From the NCBI GenBank assembly GCA_950097015.1, contig CATNEN010000038.1, positions 13,206,001 through 13,270,000 on the forward strand: DNA of 64,000 nt, in the 5' to 3' direction. Under the pieces are notes generated by a model. It was not told the origin of the DNA. It ran no database searches and was given only the letters and a program-made list of their open reading frames with translations. The position numbers and the translations under genes were made by a program. This stretch comes from Macrostomum hystrix (lineage: Eukaryota > Animalia > Platyhelminthes). Shown here piece by piece: positions 42,708 to 50,600 of this stretch (its first letter is position 1; the number at the start of each line of letters is the position of its first letter).

Positions 42708-43752
42708 TGAAGAGTTTTGCGTGTTGATCAGACACACGAAACTCCCACTTCTAGACAATGGGGAACAATTGCCTAGGAATTTATAACAGTCACGTGACAC
42801 TTACTGCAATTGCTTCTTCTTCCTTAAGTAGTTCGTAGTCTTCTGGGTCCTTGAAATCCGGTAGTTCTTCTTCTTCTTATTCTGGTCGACCGTGAGGTTT
42901 CGAGTCTGTGTTTCTTGAGTCTTGGTAGTCTTGTCTTCTTTTGTCTTCCTGGCAGCTGCTTGAGTTTGTCTGTTGGCCAATAAATGACGAGAGCGAATCA
43001 GATTACTTTTCGGTTTCCTCGAGCTCGGAATTCACAATAGAAACGTGCGCCCTAGTGAACAATTGAAATCTCTCTTGTATATCTCTAGTAGGTCCTCCTG
43101 AAGGGCGTCTTCTTCGTTACCTCCGAAAGATAACGGATAACTCAAATCAAATCAATCAATAATCCTCTAGGAATATATCCTAGGAAACAAGGAGGCCTTT
43201 CTCAAATGTATCGACGATATGTGGCTCTCGTAAACTTAGTTCAATTCAACAACGATTGCTAGCAATAAATAACTCTGTCTAATAAAGCGCTTACCACTTG
43301 TATTTCCCTCAGAGATGAGTCCTCTTCTTCGTAAGGTGTTTTGAAGTCCGGTGGACCGCTCCGAGTCTGAATTTTTAGCTCGGATTTTCGCTTGTATTTA
43401 TAGTAAAATTTTGGGGAAAACCGGTTCTACTACCGGGTGTTTACATTGGGCATACATGTTTGCACAGTGAGGTCAGACTTGTTTGATCAGCTGCGTTTTG
43501 GGGGGTTTTCAGGTGAACATTACCATATTTGGAATATTGTGTAAATACAGGTGCAGAAACCGATGAGTCATGTTTGCTTCAAGTAAATACAGCTGTCGAG
43601 AACCAGTTCTCCGATTTCATGTCACATGACTTGTTTCTAAAAATAGCGCATGACTCATTCCTAAAAATAGATTAAACATTATAGCTAAGGTTTCCTTGTG
43701 ACATTACTTTAAGTAGCGCGTTAAGTAAAAACGTATTTTACAACTCTCTACA
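42708..43752 (-). repeat. 3' LTR (1045 bp)
   Basis: tgaagagttttgc...caactctctaca; no differences from 46630-47674 found by eye; adjacent to the PPT. Confidence 0.97.
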
Positions 43753-43755
43753 ATA

Positions 43756-43767
43756 TCTCCCTTTTTT
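43756..43767 (-). other. Polypurine tract
   Basis: - strand reads AAAAAAGGGAGA-TAT-TGTAGAG, immediately 5' of the 3' LTR. Confidence 0.88.
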
Positions 43768-44025
43768 ACGAAAAATTCGTCCCGAATTTATTGTTGACAA
43801 TTAAAATTTTGGCATAAAATTTTAGGAGAATATGCTTATATGTACGTATTTGTTGAAACAGTTGTGTGGTAGAATTTTATAGATTTACAAAAACATAGTG
43901 AAACAGTGGATAATTCGATTTAAAACTTGTACCTAAAGCGTGAGAGTGAATACCAGCACCGAGCAGTAGCAATAGTTACCAGCTACGAACGTATTAGTTA
44001 GTGGTAATTGTAGACAAAATTGTAA

Positions 44026-46095
44026 TTAAGAGGCAATAGTGAATGTAAGTAGAAGAAAAGTGTTTGGATTTTTGTTCACCCATAGATCATGTTGTTTAGG
44101 TGTGTTTGGTGTTGTCGGTTTATTGGTGTTTATTGAGTATCGTTGGTCTTCTGTCTCTCCAATTGGTGGAGTAAGGCGCATAGAAAAGTGCCATGGGTTG
44201 TTGCATCCTGATGGTCTGGTTTGTTGGTTATACCAGGTTGGTTGTTTCATATTGAATGTTAATGGTGTATTGAGAGTTTGCAGTACGGTACTTGTAGTAT
44301 CCGTTCTCATGTCGATCCACGTTGTTGGTTCATCATAGATATGATCATCATCATTTTCCATCGACGTATTGTAGTCACTTTTAGTCTGAGAAGATCTATC
44401 GTGCTTCGAGTAGTATGATTCGGTATTCACTGCTTTATCGTGTCCATTCTGTCCTTCAGATGAATTGACATGGGTTATGTTTTCGTATTCGGGATCAGGT
44501 TTGTACTTGGGTGTCGAAGGCGGTGTCTCTGTCAAGTCGATGTCATCGACGAAAATTTGTAGCATGCTGATGTTTTCTTCAGACGTGTTGTGTGAATTTT
44601 TCGCACTGTGGTCCTCATTATTCCTTTCTGTGGATGTGGACAATTCATCTATGCCTTCTTTGTTTTGCAGAATTTTTGAAAGATCACTCATCGTTGGAAT
44701 TTTGAATAATCCTTTGATTTGTTGTTGTACTTGTTTTCGTTCAATGTGTTGACAGGTGTTGAAGGCAACACTTTCTCTTGGCGAGGGAATCGATAATTCT
44801 TCAAACAATGAACCCATTATGCAGCTGCTGTCGTTGCTTGTGTTGTCGTTCTGTATTTCCTGTGTTGACTCATTGTTGTAGTAAAAATTGTTTTCTTCTG
44901 TATCCTCTGTTTCCTTTTGTGGCATGGGCGGCTCTTTCGAATGGTCGCTTTCGATTATAGTAATATAGGCTGCACCATCGTTGTCCAGATGAAGGTCATT
45001 GATTTCTTGCTCCTTCTTTTGTTTCTCAAGTTCATCAAGAACATTGACGGAAAAGTCTGGCATAAGATCTTCAATCTTGAACTTTGGTTCAATAGTTTGA
45101 GTGTATTCAGGCTCAATAGCTTGAGTGTATTGTCGACGGACTTGCGTTGGTTGTCTTGGAGGTGGAGGATTTCTTTGTTGACGATAAGGTACGATGGCAT
45201 TAGATGGTCTACTATCTTGTTGTCGACTATTTGTCCAATTACGGTTTGAAGGCTGTCTTGGAGGACGAGTCCAATTGGTCTGTCTATTGTCATTGTATGA
45301 ACGTGGGTTGCCACGTGATCTGCAGTCTCTAGCATAATGACCGATCCTTCCACAGGTGTAACAAGTTGATGTGTGCAAGTATCTCTGTTGTGGTTGTGGA
45401 TAGGAATATCTCTGCTGTTGTGGTACAATAGCAGAAGTTTGGTGTTGCTGCATGAGTTTGCTTAATTGTTCTGCTAGTTGTGTCGTGTCACTATTATGAG
45501 TAGTCATAAGAGGTGCGCTAGCTTCCCATTGCATTCCACAACGGAGCAATTGTTCCTCTGTGTTAATAGTTTCTCTCAGCAGTCTATCTCGCAAAGTAGG
45601 CTGTGCGTTGTTAATCACATGAAGTATTAAACTTTGTTCCCGGTCTTCAAGACGTTGTCTTTCTCGTGCAGCTGATTCGGCAGGTCCTATAGGTTGCGCT
45701 CCTTGATCCAATGGTGGAGGCTGATGTAATGCTTTAATGATCTTACGGATGTCATCAACAAAGGTGAGAAAACTCTCAGTGGGACTCATTTTTCGATTAT
45801 GAAGTTTATGAAGGAGTACCGATCTGTTTGTTCCACACCGTGCGAATTGTGCTCTCAGTTGGGTAACTAGAGCTTGATAATCTTGTTGTACTGCAGCTGT
45901 CAATTTTCCATAGATTTCTCGAGCTGTTCCTTGTAACAGTGGAGGTAGGAGGAGTGCTTTCTCTGCATTCTGTAATCCATATTCGCGTGAGACCAAATCA
46001 AAGTGATCAATGAATGTGTTGAAATCTTTATCCATTGTATACATTCCGACCGTTTCCTTAATGTCACGATGGACCTGATAGTTTCTTCGTGCCAT
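44026..46095 (-). CDS. gag: Gag-like protein, 689 aa from the first ATG (MARRNYQ...): capsid-like domain, CCHC zinc knuckle, R/Q/N-rich region, long acidic disordered C-terminal extension
   Basis: Uninterrupted ORF (the track starts it at TTG 46143; first ATG is at 46095). The N-terminal pattern F..F...F...K...L...L.G.A...Y..L...L...F and LHNRKMSPTESFLTFVDDI resemble Ty3/Gypsy capsid. CYTCGRIGHYARDC knuckle present. No D[ST]G protease or YxDD RT motif. Confidence 0.92.
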   Translation of the reverse strand: MARRNYQVHRDIKETVGMYTMDKDFNTFIDHFDLVSREYGLQNAEKALLLPPLLQGTAREIYGKLTAAVQQDYQALVTQLRAQFARCGTNRSVLLHKLHNRKMSPTESFLTFVDDIRKIIKALHQPPPLDQGAQPIGPAESAARERQRLEDREQSLILHVINNAQPTLRDRLLRETINTEEQLLRCGMQWEASAPLMTTHNSDTTQLAEQLSKLMQQHQTSAIVPQQQRYSYPQPQQRYLHTSTCYTCGRIGHYARDCRSRGNPRSYNDNRQTNWTRPPRQPSNRNWTNSRQQDSRPSNAIVPYRQQRNPPPPRQPTQVRRQYTQAIEPEYTQTIEPKFKIEDLMPDFSVNVLDELEKQKKEQEINDLHLDNDGAAYITIIESDHSKEPPMPQKETEDTEENNFYYNNESTQEIQNDNTSNDSSCIMGSLFEELSIPSPRESVAFNTCQHIERKQVQQQIKGLFKIPTMSDLSKILQNKEGIDELSTSTERNNEDHSAKNSHNTSEENISMLQIFVDDIDLTETPPSTPKYKPDPEYENITHVNSSEGQNGHDKAVNTESYYSKHDRSSQTKSDYNTSMENDDDHIYDEPTTWIDMRTDTTSTVLQTLNTPLTFNMKQPTWYNQQTRPSGCNNPWHFSMRLTPPIGETEDQRYSINTNKPTTPNTPKQHDLWVNKNPNTFLLLTFTIAS
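45322..45363 (-). other. CX2CX4HX4C zinc knuckle (nucleocapsid)
   Basis: Encodes CYTCGRIGHYARDC; single copy, as in Gypsy/Copia rather than the multi-knuckle BEL/Pao Gag. Confidence 0.95.
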
Positions 46096-46103
46096 ATTCG
46101 CAA

Positions 46104-46119
46104 CTGGGAACGGAAATAA
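46104..46119 (-). promoter_or_regulatory. Candidate 3' splice acceptor 8 nt upstream of the gag ATG
   Basis: - strand TTATTTCCGTTCCCAG|TTGCGAAT-ATG: pyrimidine tract plus CAG. Confidence 0.45.
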
Positions 46120-46191
46120 TTCAAGTTCTGGATCGATGTTCAAGGGTTCGTCCAGATTGACTTCTCTGACAAGATTTAGTGTGAATAAAAA

Positions 46192-46217
46192 GTGTGTGTG
46201 TGTGCGTGTGCGTGTGT
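46192..46217. repeat. Imperfect (GT)n microsatellite in the element 5' leader
   Basis: gtgtgtgtgtgtgcgtgtgcgtgtgt. Confidence 0.8.
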
Positions 46218-46609
46218 ATCAGCAAATTGAAAATGGTTTACACAGAGGAATTATTTACTCAGGACAAGGGAGAAAAATTTATACAAAGCAGGGAACGTAT
46301 GCCGCTTTTAACGCTGAAAAGGGGTTATTGAAATGTGAGCCGGTGAGTTCAGTCGCGCGATTCCCAGATGTGCAAACAATAGAGCGAAGTGACGCGTGTG
46401 GCTTATGTGCAAACAATATCCGGTAGGGACAGCAAAATTTTTTTCAGAGGTATGACGCAACAAAATTTTTATGAAACGGTGGATTATTTTAAATCAAAAG
46501 CAAAATTAATAAGTTGCAAAAATTTTTTTTTTTCTTTTTATGTTAAAACAATTCGAAAGTGGTACCGCAAAAAAATGTTTTTGTATCTCGGCCTGGGCTT
46601 GATTGCAGG

Positions 46610-46627
46610 GCCTGGGCGAGATCACCA
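46610..46627 (-). other. Primer-binding site (tRNA identity uncertain, possibly Trp)
   Basis: - strand: LTR end CA, 2-nt spacer AC, then TGGTGATCTCGCCCAGGC. TGG is complementary to tRNA CCA. Confidence 0.8.
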
Positions 46628-47285
46628 GTTGAAGAGTTTTGCGTGTTGATCAGACACACGAAACTCCCACTTCTAGACAATGGGGAACAATTGCCTAGGA
46701 ATTTATAACAGTCACGTGACACTTACTGCAATTGCTTCTTCTTCCTTAAGTAGTTCGTAGTCTTCTGGGTCCTTGAAATCCGGTAGTTCTTCTTCTTCTT
46801 ATTCTGGTCGACCGTGAGGTTTCGAGTCTGTGTTTCTTGAGTCTTGGTAGTCTTGTCTTCTTTTGTCTTCCTGGCAGCTGCTTGAGTTTGTCTGTTGGCC
46901 AATAAATGACGAGAGCGAATCAGATTACTTTTCGGTTTCCTCGAGCTCGGAATTCACAATAGAAACGTGCGCCCTAGTGAACAATTGAAATCTCTCTTGT
47001 ATATCTCTAGTAGGTCCTCCTGAAGGGCGTCTTCTTCGTTACCTCCGAAAGATAACGGATAACTCAAATCAAATCAATCAATAATCCTCTAGGAATATAT
47101 CCTAGGAAACAAGGAGGCCTTTCTCAAATGTATCGACGATATGTGGCTCTCGTAAACTTAGTTCAATTCAACAACGATTGCTAGCAATAAATAACTCTGT
47201 CTAATAAAGCGCTTACCACTTGTATTTCCCTCAGAGATGAGTCCTCTTCTTCGTAAGGTGTTTTGAAGTCCGGTGGACCGCTCCG

Positions 47286-47324
47286 AGTCTGAATTTTTAG
47301 CTCGGATTTTCGCTTGTATTTATA
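47286..47324 (-). promoter_or_regulatory. Candidate LTR core promoter: TATAAATA box and Inr-like TCAGAC
   Basis: - strand TATAAATA at 47324-47317 and TCAGAC at 47292-47287 (A about 34 nt from the first T); downstream of a motif-dense U3. Confidence 0.6.
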
Positions 47325-47359
47325 GTAAAATTTTGGGGAAAACCGGTTCTACTACCGGG

Positions 47360-47592
47360 TGTTTACATTGGGCATACATGTTTGCACAGTGAGGTCAGAC
47401 TTGTTTGATCAGCTGCGTTTTGGGGGGTTTTCAGGTGAACATTACCATATTTGGAATATTGTGTAAATACAGGTGCAGAAACCGATGAGTCATGTTTGCT
47501 TCAAGTAAATACAGCTGTCGAGAACCAGTTCTCCGATTTCATGTCACATGACTTGTTTCTAAAAATAGCGCATGACTCATTCCTAAAAATAG
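47360..47592. promoter_or_regulatory. Candidate U3 enhancer: 2x MEF2-type, 2x AP-1, 3x forkhead, 5x E-box motifs
   Basis: CTAAAAATAG 47559-68 and 47583-92; TGACTCA 47573-79; TGAGTCA 47486-92; GTAAATA 47463-69 and 47505-11; TGTTTAC 47360-66; CAGCTG 47410-15 and 47512-17; CAGGTG 47432-37 and 47470-75; GTCACATGAC 47543-52. Confidence 0.55.
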
Positions 47593-47674
47593 ATTAAACA
47601 TTATAGCTAAGGTTTCCTTGTGACATTACTTTAAGTAGCGCGTTAAGTAAAAACGTATTTTACAACTCTCTACA

Positions 47675-47678
47675 AGAG
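47675..47678. repeat. Right target-site duplication AGAG
   Basis: ...ctctaCA|AGAG|caccttgctc resumes the satellite in register. Confidence 0.95.
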
Positions 47679-50600
47679 CACCTTGCTCACGTGCTTGAAG
47701 AGCTTAACGCGTGCTGCTGGCACACATCACGTCAAACTCATATTTCAGGTATATTGCTAATGTTTGAATATAAGGCTCTAGCTCGTTTTCTCGATTCAAA
47801 ATATCGTTGACACTACCCCTGTCAGCAGATCTAGCGAAAGCTTGTTGCTGGCGATGTGAACACGCTATAACTAGCTGCTCTCGCGGATAGCGTAGGGCTG
47901 CTAAAGCAGTACAGAAATAACTTTTGCAGCTTTAGCTAGCCTGTTTGACTATAAAGTGTTTTGATGCACGCCTATTCATGAACAAGTGCAAATGAACATG
48001 TGCTAGCACACATCGCGTCATACTCATATTTTAGGTATATTGCTAATATTCTAGCCATCAAGTTTGTTTTCCTGATTAAAAAGTGCGTTAAAACACACCC
48101 CTGTAGGCAGATGCATCTGAAGCTTGTTGCTTGCTCTGTGAACACGATATGGCTAGCTGCACTCGTGGATCGCATTAGGCTGCGATAGCAGCACTAAATT
48201 ACATTTGCAGCTCTAGCTAGCCTGCTTGACAGTGACAAGCGGGTTGATTCAAGTGTAAAGAACAATTAGAGCACCTTGCTCACGTGCTTAAAGAGCTTAA
48301 CGCGTGCTGCTGGCACACATCACGTCAAACTCATATTTCAGGTATATTGCTAATATTTGAATATAAGGTTCTAGCTCGTTTTCTCGATTCAAAATATCGT
48401 TGACACTACCCCTGTCAGCAGATCTAGCGAAAGCTTGTTGCAGGCGATGTGAACACGCTATAACTAGCTGCTCTCGATGATAGCGTTGGGCTGCTAAAGA
48501 AGTACAGAAAAACTTTTGCAGCTTTAGCTAGCCTGTTTGACTATAAAGTGTTTTGATGCACGCCTATTCATGAACAAGTGTAAATGAACATGTGCTAGCA
48601 CACATCGCGTCATACTCATATTTTAGGTATATTGCTAATATTCTAGACATCAAGTTTGTTTTCCTGATTAAAAAGTGCGTTAAAACACACCCCTGTAGGC
48701 AGATGCATCTGAAGCTTGTTGCTTGCTCTGTGAACACGATATGGCTAGCTGCACTCGTGGATCGCATTAGGCTGCGATAGCAGCACTAAATTACATTTGC
48801 AGCTCTAGCTAGCCTGCTTGACAGTGACAAGCGGGTTGATTCAAGTGTAAAGAACAATTAGAGCACCTTGCTCACGTGCTTGAAGAGCTTAACGCGTGCT
48901 GCTGGCACACATCACGTCAAACTCATATTTCAGGTATATTGCTAATATTTGAATATAAGGTTCTAGCTCGTTTTCTCGATTCAAAATATCGTTGACACTA
49001 CCCCTGTCAGCAGATCTAGCGAAAGCTTGTTGCAGGCGATGTGAACACGCTATAACTAGCTGCTCTCGATGATAGCGTTGGGCTGCTAAAGAAGTACAGA
49101 AAAACTTTTGCAGCTTTAGCTAGCCTGTTTGACTATAAAGTGTTTTGATGCACGCCTATTCATGAACAAGTGTAAATAAACATGTGCTAGCACACATCGC
49201 GTCATACTCATATTTTAGGTATATTGCTAATATTCTAGAGATTTAAAGTTTGTTTTCCTGATTAAAAAGTGCGTTAAAACACACCCCTGTAGGCAGATGC
49301 ATCTGAAGCTTGTTGCTTGCTCTGTGAACACGATATGGCTAGCTGCACTCGTGGATCGCATTAGGCTGCGATAGCAGCACTAAATTACATTTGCAGCTCT
49401 AGCTAGCCTGCTTGACAGTGACAAGCGGGTTGATTCAAGTGTAAAGAACAATTAGAGCACCTTGCTCACGTGCTTGAAGAGCTTAACGCGTGCTGCTGGC
49501 ACACATCACGTCAAACTCATATTTCAGGTATATTGCTAATATTTGAATATAAGGCTCTAGCTCGTTTTCTCGATTCAAAATATCGTTGACACTACCCCTG
49601 TCAGCAGATCTAGCGAAAGCTTGTTGCTGGCGATGTGAACACGCTATAACTAGCTGCTCTCGCGGATAGCGTTGGGCTGCTAAAGCAGTCCAGAAATAAC
49701 TTTTGCAGCTTTAGCTAGCCTGTTTGACTATAAAGTGTTTTGATGCACGCCTATTCATGAACAAGTGTAAATGAACATGTGCTAGCACACATCGCGTCAT
49801 ACTCATATTTTAGGTATATTGCTAATATTCTAGACATCAAGTTTGTTTTCCTGATTAAAAAGTGCGTTAAAACACACCCCTGTAGGCAGATGCATCTGAA
49901 GCTTGTTGCTTGCTCTGTGAACACGATATGGCTAGCTGCACTCGTGGATCGCATTAGGCTGCGATAGCAGCACTAAATTACATTTGCAGCTCTAGCTAGC
50001 CTGCTTGACAGTGACAAGCGGGTTGATTCAAGTGTAAAGAACAATTAGAGCACCTTGCTCACGTGCTTGAAGAGCTTAACGCGTGCTGCTGGCACACATC
50101 ACGTCAAACTCATATTTCAGGTATATTGCTAATATTTGAATATAAGGTTCTAGCTCGTTTTCTCGATTCAAAATATCGTTGACACTACCCCTGTCAGCAG
50201 ATCTAGCGAAAGCTTGTTGCAGGCGATGTGAACACGCTATAACTAGCTGCTCTCGATGATAGCGTTGGGCTGCTAAAGAAGTACAGAAAAACTTTTGCAG
50301 CTTTAGCTAGCCTGTTTGACTATAAAGTGTTTTGATGCACGCCTATTCATGAACAAGTGTAAATAAACATGTGCTAGCACACATCGCGTCATACTCATAT
50401 TTTTGGTATATTGCTAATATTCTAGAGATTTAAAGTTTGTTTTCCTGATTAAAAAGTGCGTTAAAACACACCCCTGTAGGCAGATGCATCTGAAGCTTGT
50501 TGCTTGCTCTGTGAACACGATATGGCTAGCTGCACTCGTGGATCGCATTAGGCTGCGATAGCAGCACTAAATTACATTTGCAGCTTTAGCTAGCCTGCTT

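Larger units (their letters stand above)
42708..47674 (-). mobile_element. Full-length non-autonomous (gag-only) Ty3/Gypsy-like LTR retrotransposon, 4967 bp
   Basis: Two 1045-bp direct repeats bounded by TG...CA, 4-bp TSD, PBS and PPT both oriented for the - strand, a single long ORF with capsid-like and CCHC domains. The 2877-bp internal region has no room for pol. Confidence 0.96.
46630..47674 (-). repeat. 5' LTR (1045 bp)
   Basis: Direct repeat of 42708-43752 (offset 3922); adjacent to the PBS. Confidence 0.97.

Noticed and set aside
43305-43365. Hammerhead-like GATGAGTCC in the LTR (retrozyme idea) and CTGATTA in the satellite
   Set aside because: Core CTGANGA is not intact and no correctly placed stem II-GAAA follows.
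43933-44025. Stop-codon read-through adding 30 hydrophobic residues (LQFCL...VLVFTLTL) or an env remnant
   Set aside because: The TAA-TTA context is not a known leaky signal, the region is AT-rich, and there is no room for env.
44955-45428. 157-aa overlapping - strand ORF as a frameshifted pol/protease
   Set aside because: TTG start, no D[ST]G motif, ends well inside gag; explained by compositional bias.
44026-46095. Domesticated host gag gene (Arc/PEG10/PNMA-like)
   Set aside because: Identical-looking LTRs, TSD, PBS and PPT show a recent mobile insertion, not a fixed host gene.
44039-46649. + strand ORFs antisense to gag and the leader
   Set aside because: Short, mostly non-ATG shadow ORFs of a biased coding strand.
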